Below are positions 14,401 to 22,874 of a stretch of DNA of 41,362 nucleotides, in pieces. The stretch covers positions 1 to 41,362 of the IMG/VR virus record IMGVR_UViG_3300045988_035261; one strand, given 5' to 3'. Both the position numbers and the translations under genes were made by a program. A model generated the notes under the pieces. That model searched no databases. It was not told where the DNA came from and saw nothing but the letters and a program-made list of their open reading frames with translations. Source of the DNA: a virus. How positions within the stretch are numbered: position 1 is the stretch's first letter; every line of letters begins with the position of its first letter.

Positions 14401-16631
14401 GCAAATGCAGTTTGTGCTTTCGCTACGCTAGAATGAAATGCTGCACGTCTACGTTCTGCATTCGTGCGTGGTGCTTTACCGCTATTGTTAGACTTATAAT
14501 CAATTAGCCATTGTGGCTCTACACCACTTGCAGTAGCTTCTTTAATATCATTGTCCATGTTGTCAAAGTCGCTTGCGTAATTTTCACGATACTCTTGCAC
14601 TAGGTTTTTATACAAGTTATTGTATGCTTGTTTAACCTGCGTAGGGTTAGCGAATACTTGGTCTAGTACTTCACGATCAATGTCGCTTGCCCCCTCAAAC
14701 TCATCACGAATGATACTTTCCTTAACTCGTGCGGCCTTTTTCTCTGTCGCATCCACTAGATTTTTATTAAATGTTTCGACTTCAGCTTTTGCACGTTCAA
14801 GGGTTTTCATAGACATACCGCCACGAGTAAAGTACGTGCTTTCCTCTAAGGCTTTTACTGTTTCCTCGGTTAAACCACCGCTCAACTGTGCGTATTTGCC
14901 AATTGGTACTGCTACATCTGCATCCGCCTCGATGCTTTTGGATACTTCCTCTTGCGTTACCAAACCACTATCAATCATGTTCTTAATGGCTTGTTGTCCT
15001 TGCTCTGTTTCTGCCATTTCATTGACATTTACATATGCAGTAGATACACCTACTTTATCCCCCTGTGCTTGTACGATTTTTCCGTATAGTTCAGGGTTTT
15101 CTTTTGCAATTTGATTGGATGATGCATCTTGTTTCAGCGATTGCATAATTGCGTGTCCGTTGCGGTTTTGTTCAGCCATCACAGCTTGTTGTTGTTGCTC
15201 TGGTGTTAGCTTTGTAAACTCATGGAACGCTTTCATTGTGTGTACGCCACTTACACCGCCGCCAAGTGTGCCTAAACCAATCACCGCTGGTAGTGCTTGT
15301 AGCATCGCACCACCTGCACCCAATGCAATATCACTAGCTGAATATGCATCCTCTAAGTCGTTTGCATTGCGGTAAATGTTGTGTTGTACCTTTTCATTGA
15401 CATCTTGTAAACCCTCTTCGACTAACTCCGAACCGCTAGCTTTTAATGACGCTTTCGCCATTTGTCCGACTGTAGCACCAATGCCTCTATCAAAGGTTTT
15501 AATCGCGTTAGATGTAGCACCCTCTAATGATTTTGACATAATGGATGCTGGTGCTACTTTACCTACACCTTTAATCATGAAACGTGTTGATATCATTTCA
15601 ATACCAGTATCAATTGCAGCAAATGACATGGCGTATTTATAGGCTTCATCATTAGAATATACTCTATTACCTTGTGCATCACGTTTATTTATTAGTTCGA
15701 GGTATTTATTGCCAAATGACATCTTATACATATTGTATGTCATATCAGCACCGCCGCCCCATTTAGCACCAGTTGCAGCACCTGCACCAATACCAACACC
15801 ATCCGTGGCTAAACCACCGATAGCACCACCAATTACAGCACCTACAATTGCACCTCTGCCGCCATGTTTCCCCATCATATAGGTTTGTGCGGTAGTATCG
15901 CCTACAATAGCTTGCAACGGACTATCTAATGCATCCGCCTTGCGATATTGTTGTAAGTTGCCTTGCAAGCGTTCCATTTCATCGGTTAGTTCTTTGATGC
16001 GGTCTTTATCGGTAGTATGTGCTAGTTCAAACCCTACATTACCTAGTTTGATTTGGTCATTCATCGCCCAAACACTTTGCTGAATGCTATCAAAAATACC
16101 TCGTGTAGCTTTTGCTGACTGTAAGTTTTGCAAAGTAGTAATAGCCTCTGCGGAGCTTTTATAATTAATGCCAATTAATTCAGGATACAACTCATATACT
16201 TCATTAATAGTTTTACCTCGATTAATTTGTGCTGCGGCCGCCTCTGCTCGTCTGATAGCATCTTGACCACTGGCCATAATAATGTCAGGACTAATACCTA
16301 GTGCATTACCGCTATCTTGTGCTGATTGTGCCCAATCCGCTTTATTCCATAAGTAGATTTGCTCTGCACGATGCATTACAGGTTGTAAGATTTCACTTTG
16401 TTGTGGTGTAACATCAGTTTGTGTCAATGCGTTCATTGTATTTACAGCGACTGTAACGTTTGATGGGTTTTTTATTATCCAATCACCAATGCCACTAACT
16501 GCGTTACCTATAGCCTTACTATATGAATTGTCTGTTACTTCTTGTTGAATACCGCCAACAAAACCTACATTTGCATTTGATTTAATTTCAAATGTACCAT
16601 TTGTCGCTTGTTCAGGTGTAATCTTATTCAT
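8448..16631 (-). CDS. Giant internal virion/ejection protein (2,727 aa) in the gp16 position, with polyvalent-type effector modules
   Basis: Uninterrupted 8.2-kb ORF. Glycine-zipper hydrophobic segments at about aa 250-297 and 431-463. WHGSPYDF...GWGLYFTE at aa 1092-1123 is an ART-like signature. HEMGH sits at aa 1421-1425. The gene follows the gp14-like and gp15-like genes. Confidence 0.8.
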   Translation of the reverse strand: MNKITPEQATNGTFEIKSNANVGFVGGIQQEVTDNSYSKAIGNAVSGIGDWIIKNPSNVTVAVNTMNALTQTDVTPQQSEILQPVMHRAEQIYLWNKADWAQSAQDSGNALGISPDIIMASGQDAIRRAEAAAAQINRGKTINEVYELYPELIGINYKSSAEAITTLQNLQSAKATRGIFDSIQQSVWAMNDQIKLGNVGFELAHTTDKDRIKELTDEMERLQGNLQQYRKADALDSPLQAIVGDTTAQTYMMGKHGGRGAIVGAVIGGAIGGLATDGVGIGAGAATGAKWGGGADMTYNMYKMSFGNKYLELINKRDAQGNRVYSNDEAYKYAMSFAAIDTGIEMISTRFMIKGVGKVAPASIMSKSLEGATSNAIKTFDRGIGATVGQMAKASLKASGSELVEEGLQDVNEKVQHNIYRNANDLEDAYSASDIALGAGGAMLQALPAVIGLGTLGGGVSGVHTMKAFHEFTKLTPEQQQQAVMAEQNRNGHAIMQSLKQDASSNQIAKENPELYGKIVQAQGDKVGVSTAYVNVNEMAETEQGQQAIKNMIDSGLVTQEEVSKSIEADADVAVPIGKYAQLSGGLTEETVKALEESTYFTRGGMSMKTLERAKAEVETFNKNLVDATEKKAARVKESIIRDEFEGASDIDREVLDQVFANPTQVKQAYNNLYKNLVQEYRENYASDFDNMDNDIKEATASGVEPQWLIDYKSNNSGKAPRTNAERRRAAFHSSVAKAQTAFADNTEALNQSNIHHADMEHALQQIESLERLHDKIFTLADNDIALRMQLSKSGYEVYNKVVKAIGESTDRKQRETAKANALLMAQHADVMAQYMRQKGKGGYTAMDYFRDSVRINMDAIFNGEDGYAQSVIMQQIMNNDIQAWSNVIDNHLNGQPITGSVKLMDSPMVLQFINAVGEIDINPSVIKKALNGKHVGQMDAEVLKQLPKKIANPIAIFKNYDPVTKQVIPNEYVVVLDAYANNKQGVNASGENIQVVIKNTTVFNGRKKTWQANKIKTITPRRNANWYINQLNNGNLVYWNTKKINRLVTSNRQQIAQLGTKQFIFNNSIPNEKDLDKLRKKHNYQYYQSAWHGSPYDFDEFDLGSIGGGLGTQAFGWGLYFTENKNVAEKYKVERKSKNKFTLNGNDIPIEYAPVIEQIFGGINVENNKESLLNRLVLNRDAEQSNLDLVTKNLNELDGVLDFITQNSKFAINKLPTLVDNKFERMATVILNDAKTKAKSDNKRVNKEYLFDVIEELQKRYHKHYIFYNDIVLKNSYLIDNINNFEVTSVYKPTLYNVEIPDTDTMLDYSKPINEQSEYVLNKIKQLDPTDINKTGKEFYNDLSERLGGDKNASLKLNELGIKGIKYKHGLSHNFVVFDDKAINIIEKYNQSVNGMTEIMKDGERIISIFKTADRSTFLHEMGHVFFDDIQKLASIDNTPKQLLDDWNTLKEWSGWVDGENVDNTKAHEKFARGWESYLRSGEAPTKGLQRVFRQFSKWLTRIYRSVQRLGGEVPSDIKDIMARMIATQDDIENYAHEQALEQFENTKLYQQLSETEQARVQGYIADIKEKAKERVMRKYMKELDNRPIKEWEDVKYDVQAEIEKRLVEEYPIYKEHQRYMALGDGALENTQYRTIEGLEKAEQEEAGSTYDEAVAQEMERAKDAFINDPNAGKSNQEIAEEMLLSNQGQMELTQEEARLIKAHTNKDLARNWELLSKLQKLDPNSENLDEELKPIEKELTKAERIKKDNAMVAQELGSVSKELDTAQERIENLKAQLQERIDAVRAIRDGGFGTIPKYMERARNELGDLTLSQASQYKKYQNQAVRDGKKADSALAVGKVDEALYAKQSQMLNQARARVAFENSKAIKKLRTKLLDQLGRITRSQNPIMIEPNMRYFYTHMAYQMGLTKYDGLKPVDGFDMMSVIKALDADADIMGDKEATVELEDWVKAMFNAEEPTSFASLKMSQLLALEELMTGMYKNGRTQYEGTTLIDESGNNVTFDDAISQIIETASATFGRDNGNVFNELNNRSKVDALANKTNDFHLALLKVETFLRRLDGGKNGVAVRYIYDPIDKATQKFNEYKEKSMYRLARDVKAVYSKKQLFDVRNDHLYNVGELRNVTKEQIIMLALNWGTEKNRQRALETIQSNEVEMERAFQEYMTDKDWEFVIRTWEHINSFYEERSKVQEELYGNPLKKEKGITFTIGGREIQGQYFPIVYNPKVSAKVSDFQTEDIAKTMIASNAIFDTGMGATKSRLDVVKGKSLMLDFDVIPNAITEAINHVTMRKAVMDVNKLVGNSRFQEYIVDKFGMETYQFLRTWVRDNWKDEASKMSEVGKLLMTLKKNTTTAVMSGRIPVALQNALNIPVAMYRIGVGNTLKAIYSAGAGFYGHGTSTYNATRDFVLNQSIFMRERIQTLDKDLKQGLSISGKGLRIGDTNIGGYKLEQLGEVRDDINQMGFRLLTETDFALSIPVWKFAYDKKILELQSKEGLTAEFVEQEAISAGDRAVRDIFGSGDTKDSAAIQRSRDAWVQLFVPFYSYANTLYNIIAEGNYARKDQGNYWQFVRTIWWTVAMPALGMMVYKAMTNGDDDDPEKLAKSFIEETASQAMMGVPIIRDISNMGMKYILGEKVFNKGNTVIGLSIIEKLSDVMGAITSDKKDGVDLGRSLSQVSNRLTGFSDTVTDGLWTLAKFALTDTDAKLEDVIMAIILDKKLRDKKSNKKDKH

Positions 16632-18841
16632 TATTGACCTAACCTTTCAGCTAATTGTTCTGGTGTGATGGTGTGTTCTTCGCCCCTAGCATCTTTATAA
16701 ACATAGTATGGCTGACCATCTGCACCAGTTGTGTTATATAAACCATACATACCTTGTGATGCTAGTTGTGCGTTTGTGTAAGATAATGCAGCACCTCTAC
16801 CACCAAAGGTATTTGCTAGATTACCTACACCCCAATATTTACCAGTTTCAGTTGATGCGATTGTTTGTTCTGCCACCGCATCAGCACCCCATTGTGCCAT
16901 TTGTGCTGGCGATGGGTCATATCCGTTTTTCTCCCTAAACTCTTGTACTTTAGGATAAACTGCGGTTGATACACCTTGCCATTCAACACCATCTATCTTT
17001 CTACCAGCTAAGTTTTCTATGCTACTTTTCATACCTGACATTTCAGGTGAGTACTTTCCAGTACCATTTGAATATTCATCAAATTCATGATTGATTTGTG
17101 TTAATTGTTGAGGGTTAAAATACACTCCCATTTGACCAAGAAAATCGTTCAAATCATCCATAGACTTGAATTGTCCGTTGGATATAGCGGTTTTAACACC
17201 TAATACATTAACCTCTTTTGCTTGCATTGCTTTTGCCGCCGCTTTATTTACAGAAATTTGTGCTTGGTTTAATTGTCCTTGCATTTCTCGTTGATATTCA
17301 GGATGTGTTTCTGCATAATCTTGTCTTAGTTTTAACACCTCAATATCAGTCGCACCATTTCTAACCGCTGCCGCTACACGTTGTTCAATCTCTACTTTTT
17401 GATTTTCAAGTATTTGTGCTTTGCGTTTAGCCATAACTTGTAAGCGTGTAGCCACGTTTCGTTGGATCATATCTTTTCGTTTTTGTGCCTCGGCTGGTGT
17501 TTCCTCTTGTCCTTTGCTATCGCCAAGCAATCTCGCTTTTACTTCTTGCATATATTGACGAACACTAGGTTCATCGCCATTACCTTGTGGAGCATCCCAT
17601 GAGTAATGACCGCCATTTCCATCTATCGCGTCAGGCAAACCATCTCGCCACCGCTCACCATTTGCCTCGCCAGCGTACCAAGCAACAAATGCACCCTCTA
17701 CACCATATCGTTGGACATATTGACCCAGTTTGAATGCAGCAACTTTCTTTTGTGCCTCTGGATCAGATATATCAGCACCAGCAAGCCCAGCCTCTTTTGA
17801 CCACTCTGGCCAGTTTTCAGGCATGATTTGAAACATCCCATATGCACCAGTTCGACCATTAACCGCACTAGCATTTCCGCCGCTTTCTTGCCCCATTACA
17901 GCATTCATAACATCTTGCACAGTCGCATTTGATGCACTAACACCAGCCACCTTGCCAAATCCATTACCAAACAATTTATCAGTAACTTTAGTTAACAAAT
18001 CAGGGTCATTAGGGTCAAACTCACCAATAACACCGTCAATCTTGCTATCATCTGATGTAGCTAATACCATCGATGCACTACGCACCTTTTGACGATACCC
18101 CATGATTTTTTCTTCATCGATTAAGCCTGACATAGCAACTTGATTAATAATCTTATTTGCACCATCCAAATCATCGTCAGCCATTTTCTTTTCAATCATG
18201 GTTGTGGCAATGTTTTGTTGTGCTTTCTTAACTTGTAAGCGGATAGTATTATCATCATACCCAAGATTAGATAATTGTGCGGCCACACTACCGCTCACTT
18301 GTTTCATGGCATCATCAAATGCATCAGGACTAGCATTTACTACCGCATTATTAGATATATTTTGCACATTCATATCTAATGCTTTCATAGCACTATCTTC
18401 AAATTGACCACGCACAAACTTATTGATTGTGTTTGTTGTATTAGTAATATCATTGTCTACAACTTTATTAAAGGCATTGACCGCATCTTTGAATTTAAAA
18501 CCATACTTCTCGAATATAAGTTGCCTTGCTCTTTTCTCTTGTGTTTGATAATCAAGCGGAATTGTCAAAGCATTTTCTCCCTTTCGGTTCATAGCACCAT
18601 TATCAGGGTTATATAGCCAATCATTCATCATGGCATTATACTCATTTGTTGCATTTACAACATCGGTCATTTCCTTTTGTTTTTGTATTGTCAACATTGT
18701 GTTGCCTAAATCACCAATGGCCTTTGTGAGGTTATCCATGCCTTGTGTGTTGCCACCATAAGCCATTTCATTTGCGTAACCATGAATATTACCATTGATG
18801 GTATTTAAGCGTTGCTCTTGTTCATAATTAACTAATTTCAT
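16631..18841 (-). CDS. Internal virion protein (gp15-sized, 736 aa) with a lytic transglycosylase (SLT) domain
   Basis: GQESGGNASAVNGRTGAYGMFQIMPENW carries the E-S-G...G-x-x-Q SLT signature, with Glu at about aa 316. Confidence 0.75.
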   Translation of the reverse strand: MKLVNYEQEQRLNTINGNIHGYANEMAYGGNTQGMDNLTKAIGDLGNTMLTIQKQKEMTDVVNATNEYNAMMNDWLYNPDNGAMNRKGENALTIPLDYQTQEKRARQLIFEKYGFKFKDAVNAFNKVVDNDITNTTNTINKFVRGQFEDSAMKALDMNVQNISNNAVVNASPDAFDDAMKQVSGSVAAQLSNLGYDDNTIRLQVKKAQQNIATTMIEKKMADDDLDGANKIINQVAMSGLIDEEKIMGYRQKVRSASMVLATSDDSKIDGVIGEFDPNDPDLLTKVTDKLFGNGFGKVAGVSASNATVQDVMNAVMGQESGGNASAVNGRTGAYGMFQIMPENWPEWSKEAGLAGADISDPEAQKKVAAFKLGQYVQRYGVEGAFVAWYAGEANGERWRDGLPDAIDGNGGHYSWDAPQGNGDEPSVRQYMQEVKARLLGDSKGQEETPAEAQKRKDMIQRNVATRLQVMAKRKAQILENQKVEIEQRVAAAVRNGATDIEVLKLRQDYAETHPEYQREMQGQLNQAQISVNKAAAKAMQAKEVNVLGVKTAISNGQFKSMDDLNDFLGQMGVYFNPQQLTQINHEFDEYSNGTGKYSPEMSGMKSSIENLAGRKIDGVEWQGVSTAVYPKVQEFREKNGYDPSPAQMAQWGADAVAEQTIASTETGKYWGVGNLANTFGGRGAALSYTNAQLASQGMYGLYNTTGADGQPYYVYKDARGEEHTITPEQLAERLGQ

Positions 18842-18843
18842 AA

Positions 18844-19443
18844 CTACCTACCATAAGTCCATACTTTTCTAACAGTTTTTACAGGCCTTTCAGTAGCACT
18901 TGTTAAATCGCCACCATATTGCGTAATGTATTTACCGCTGCCGCTATATTGCTGTTTCAATCCGTACATGCTAGATGCACCGCTTAATATAGTACCAATC
19001 ATCGCTAACCGCCCCTGTGTTTTGGCGTTCGATGCGGATGCTCTTGCTGTGCTTGCCTCGTTGCGGTAGTTTAAACCATTTAGATATTCATTGTAGATAC
19101 TGTTGTTTTTGTTGCTTTCCCAGTTGTGAATATCCTTATTATATTCATCATAACTAGATGCCATTAGTTGTAATGGTGTACCACTCATTGACAAACCTGT
19201 AGCACCAGCCTCGGCCGTATTCTGCCCTGCAATCAACCGCATACGAGCATCCATTTTATCTCGCTCTTGTAGTGCTTGGTTCGCTATATCCTGTTGTTTC
19301 CTATCTGATATACGAGCGTTAGCCTCGGCTGCTTGTGCCTGTGCATTATACATTGCAGTTTGTGCTTTGGTTTGTTGATGCTGGCCCCATAACTGAGTAA
19401 CCATTTGACCTGCCATCAATGCAATAGGATTACACATTCGCAT
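18844..19443 (-). CDS. Internal virion protein, gp14-like by size and position (199 aa)
   Basis: Gln/Ala-rich N-terminal half. It lies between the gp13-position and gp15-position genes. The start may instead be the second ATG at 19437. Confidence 0.55.
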   Translation of the reverse strand: MRMCNPIALMAGQMVTQLWGQHQQTKAQTAMYNAQAQAAEANARISDRKQQDIANQALQERDKMDARMRLIAGQNTAEAGATGLSMSGTPLQLMASSYDEYNKDIHNWESNKNNSIYNEYLNGLNYRNEASTARASASNAKTQGRLAMIGTILSGASSMYGLKQQYSGSGKYITQYGGDLTSATERPVKTVRKVWTYGR

Positions 19444-19918
19444 CCCCCTTTCTCAATGTAAATAGTTCCATTCCGTTGTGCGTGATATCGGAATGAATAA
19501 CCGCCCCTAGTGATGTAAGCCATCTTTTGGAGCGGTGATTATCCTTGTGTATGAAATTGAATAAACATTCATGAGTGGATAGCCACTCTTTTATGATTGC
19601 GTTACTCCTCTTTAGAAATTCCTTTTGTAATTTCAAATTAGTATCTAGTATTTTGTTTCCCAAAAAATAAATACAGTACATTCCGTTGATTGGCTTTTTT
19701 GAAATACCATATACGGCTATTGGTACATCATCCTCAATTACAATGTGGTTTTCGTAATCCTCGCTGCATATATCCCTTACAAAATCATTTTTTCCATAAT
19801 TTGGGAAATTTTGGTTCGCCATATTGACCTCTAAGGTGTCTATGGCTCGCAAGTTGATGTATAAGTCATGAATTAATGAAGTGTGCCTTACAGGGCAAAT
19901 ATCAAAGTCCTGTAACAT
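19430..19918 (-). CDS. Protein in the gp13 position (162 aa), possibly GNAT-like fold
   Basis: RBS GGAGGA is present. The C-terminal NHRSKRWLTSLGA resembles the N-x-R-[AS]-x-x-x-x-x-x-x-G-[FA] end of acetyltransferase-fold gp13-type proteins, but this is a weak match. Confidence 0.45.
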   Translation of the reverse strand: MLQDFDICPVRHTSLIHDLYINLRAIDTLEVNMANQNFPNYGKNDFVRDICSEDYENHIVIEDDVPIAVYGISKKPINGMYCIYFLGNKILDTNLKLQKEFLKRSNAIIKEWLSTHECLFNFIHKDNHRSKRWLTSLGAVIHSDITHNGMELFTLRKGDANV

Positions 19919-22226
19919 TTGGGAATCCTCCGCCTATTTCTACCTCTCTTGTAACGCTCAAAAGGTTAAATGGATAAGGTTTATCGTGCAAAATACAGAT
20001 AGATGAGTTAGTTGTCCATCCACTACCAACTTTTGGTAGTACACATACTTTATCACCGCTAAATAATTTCTTTGGCGGTAGTGTTATTTCATCCATAATA
20101 CCAAAACACTTACCAATTTTACCGCCATGTGAATTGAGTAGATACATTGACATTCTACTCATGGTAATCAATCGCCCTTGCAATGTTCCATCTTGTACTT
20201 GTGTTTCAATGCTTGGTATTTGCATTTTAGTTGTATATCCTAATCCAACCGCAACACTTTGGCATTTGCCATCAATATTGATGATTGCAGTCGGTGGTGC
20301 TTTCTTGATTGGTCGTTCCCAACCATCTACAACGATTTGCACGTCCTCACCAACTAAATGCGGTGCAGTAATTGTTGATATATCATTGGCACTTTCCATA
20401 CGTGTATAGCAGTCCATATAAACGTTGTCATTATCGCTATTGTACATCGGCTCAAACCGTTCAATTGTCATGATCGTTTCACCATTCAATATGCGTTCAA
20501 CAATGACATATAAACTATCTTGCTCACCCTCTGCCACGCTCTCAGCATATTTATATTTGCCTTTTGTTGTGAAGTGCGACCACGCATACACCTTTTGTTC
20601 TGGAATGTAGGTTAAACAGTTGATTGTGCCATCATCCGCTACGTAATACACAATACTGTCAGGGTCTTGTGCATAAGCACTTGTGATAAAGTTACGATAC
20701 TTTGTTAGATGCTTAACGAATAGAGTTAAGTCAGCCCCTGTGTAGTTATCACTTTCATAAGAATAACCCATATCACGTACTACACACCCTCTAGCTTGCA
20801 CATACACGCATCTATTCCCTATGTATTGTGGCTCACATTCAGATGCACCACGTTGGGTTTGTGTGCGTAGATTGCAGTTTGTAGGTGTGATGGTTTTAGA
20901 ACCATCTATAATCCATTCGTTACCACTCGTCAAAATCAATAAATCATTAGCAGGTATCAAGTGTCGGATGTCATACATTTTACGATTAATTACTGGTAAT
21001 GTGATTGCACTATCATCTGTAATCGTACCGCCTACCTTTTCTACACCAAAGTTTGAATAATCACCTGTGCGACTAAACCATATGTAGTTAGGGTATTGAA
21101 AGCTAGATGCTAGGATAAACCTGTCTTGATAAAACGTACATACACGAGGATAACCAAGGCCTTTACCCCATTGTCCAAATCTGAATTTAGATGTGGCTTC
21201 ATTTTCAACCACACCATTTAACACATTAACTTTAACGTGCTTGTTATCAACAAATTCTTTAATTTCAACTACACCATAGCTAACATGTGGCAAGAATGAT
21301 AGGTCTACATTAACGCTACCACCTTTCAAATCAGATACAACTTTTAACTTAGCACTAGGACTAACCTTGCCTGCATCTGTAACGTTGTAGTCATTATTGG
21401 ATGTATACACCCTGTAATCTTTCCATGTAGTGCCATTATCATTGCTGATTTGGATTTTCACTGTACCATTCCATGTGCCGTGCGATGTAAATTTCCATGA
21501 CAAATCCTCATCAGTACTAAATTGTTCTACATCGTAATTGATGTTGTTATAATCCGTATTATGCACTTCATGTCCACGTTCATCACCATATACCCATCTA
21601 CTACTTTCAATTACTGAACCAGTACTGTTAGTTGTAATTGCTTTCACAAAATGCTCAATCTGCATTACAGAATGAACCATATCAGCATTGAATATATCTT
21701 TTGTAGCTGTTAAGGTATCGCCATTCAAGATTACAGTACTTTCTTTGTCTGTATTGACTTCGCCGTATGGTTGCTCGGATAGTTTGTATGTATCAAATCG
21801 CCAGTCTGTATCACTATATCGTGATAGCGTTTTAACTGGATACTTACCACTACAAATGAACATTACATCACCACTTTGAATGCAGTTCAATTTATCGACT
21901 ACATCACTTTCAAATGGTGTTTCTAGTTCGATACCTGTATAGATACCATTTCGCCACACACGGATGTAATGTTCTCCGATTTCAAGTAGAAACGATTTAT
22001 TCTTTTCGGCCGTAAATTCAAATAGCCGTGTTGACTTATCATTGTTTTTAACTTGCCCTATATACTCTGAACCTTGCCTACGAGCCACCGCACCATAAGG
22101 ACGAATTACCGCATTTTCTGCCACCAATAAAGCACTTTTAAATTGTTCTAGATCATACCGCCTAGATACATCAGGCGAGATTTCACCAGTAGTAAAGGCT
22201 AGTTGTGGAATATATAACGGTTTCAT
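19902..22226 (-). CDS. Tail tubular protein B / nozzle-like (gp12-like, 774 aa)
   Basis: The N-terminus TTGEISPDVSRRYDLEQF...RPYGAVARRQG parallels T7 gp12 GGISQQPDILRYPDQ...GLQKRP. Its size is close to 794 aa, and it follows the gp11-like gene. Confidence 0.6.
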   Translation of the reverse strand: MKPLYIPQLAFTTGEISPDVSRRYDLEQFKSALLVAENAVIRPYGAVARRQGSEYIGQVKNNDKSTRLFEFTAEKNKSFLLEIGEHYIRVWRNGIYTGIELETPFESDVVDKLNCIQSGDVMFICSGKYPVKTLSRYSDTDWRFDTYKLSEQPYGEVNTDKESTVILNGDTLTATKDIFNADMVHSVMQIEHFVKAITTNSTGSVIESSRWVYGDERGHEVHNTDYNNINYDVEQFSTDEDLSWKFTSHGTWNGTVKIQISNDNGTTWKDYRVYTSNNDYNVTDAGKVSPSAKLKVVSDLKGGSVNVDLSFLPHVSYGVVEIKEFVDNKHVKVNVLNGVVENEATSKFRFGQWGKGLGYPRVCTFYQDRFILASSFQYPNYIWFSRTGDYSNFGVEKVGGTITDDSAITLPVINRKMYDIRHLIPANDLLILTSGNEWIIDGSKTITPTNCNLRTQTQRGASECEPQYIGNRCVYVQARGCVVRDMGYSYESDNYTGADLTLFVKHLTKYRNFITSAYAQDPDSIVYYVADDGTINCLTYIPEQKVYAWSHFTTKGKYKYAESVAEGEQDSLYVIVERILNGETIMTIERFEPMYNSDNDNVYMDCYTRMESANDISTITAPHLVGEDVQIVVDGWERPIKKAPPTAIINIDGKCQSVAVGLGYTTKMQIPSIETQVQDGTLQGRLITMSRMSMYLLNSHGGKIGKCFGIMDEITLPPKKLFSGDKVCVLPKVGSGWTTNSSICILHDKPYPFNLLSVTREVEIGGGFPNVTGL

Positions 22227-22228
22227 AC

Positions 22229-22822
22229 TCACCAACTCCTAACCTTGAGATAATTTGAAACATAAGGCATATCTTGCCTACGTTCCTTAGCACTTAATGA
22301 TTTAGCCTCTTGTGTGGCTGCTTGATACAACTTGTAGCATTGGTCGAACAAGCCACTATTACCAGTTAATGGCATGGCCAATTCTGCGCCCATTTTTGAT
22401 TTTAAAGCCTGTACAAATACAGGACTAAATATATCTATATCTTTCACATCGTACACATAATCAATGTACGCAAGCGGTACATCGCTCACTATGTACTTTG
22501 TGTTATCGTCAAAAGTAAATACATCATATTCCTTTTGGCTTTCCGCTCTAAATCGTTCACCTTTAGGAATGACCCCTAAAATACGTAAGCACTTTTCAGG
22601 ATATGCATATACAAATTGATAGCCATCCAACTTATGCATTGATTGGATGCACTTCTCACGCTTTCGTGCGAAATTCCACTCAAACTGTGATAATAGCATC
22701 TTTCGTGTAGCATCGTAGTGCAGCCTGCATTGTCTAGCTGTTTCGTTTTCTTCATCAAGGCTGTATATCCTACCACCATTGATAAGACTAAGAGCCATAT
22801 TACAAATATCAGTAGGTGTCAT
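22229..22822 (-). CDS. Tail tubular protein A / adaptor-like (gp11-like, 197 aa)
   Basis: The N-terminus ICNMALSLINGGRIYSLDEENETARQCRLHYDATRKMLLSQFEWNFA parallels T7 gp11 VNDILASIGEPPVSTLEGD...[20 protein letters not shown]. Size is 197 aa versus 196 aa. Confidence 0.65.
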   Translation of the reverse strand: MTPTDICNMALSLINGGRIYSLDEENETARQCRLHYDATRKMLLSQFEWNFARKREKCIQSMHKLDGYQFVYAYPEKCLRILGVIPKGERFRAESQKEYDVFTFDDNTKYIVSDVPLAYIDYVYDVKDIDIFSPVFVQALKSKMGAELAMPLTGNSGLFDQCYKLYQAATQEAKSLSAKERRQDMPYVSNYLKVRSW

Positions 22823-22837
22823 ATTGCCCCCTTATAG

Positions 22838-22867
22838 TGAAAAAGAGGGATGCATAAGCACCCCTCT
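22838..22867 (-). terminator. Rho-independent terminator/attenuator after the capsid gene block
   Basis: The minus strand reads AGAGGGGTGC-TTAT-GCATCCCTCT followed by TTTTTC, a 10-bp stem with one G-T pair. Confidence 0.65.
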
Positions 22868-22874
22868 TAAATTG

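Noticed and set aside
16160-16260. Walker-A-like string AQINRGKT near the N-terminus of the giant protein
   Set aside because: It is an isolated [AG]xxxxGK[ST] match in an Ala-rich helical context, with no Walker B or other NTPase motif. It is probably fortuitous.
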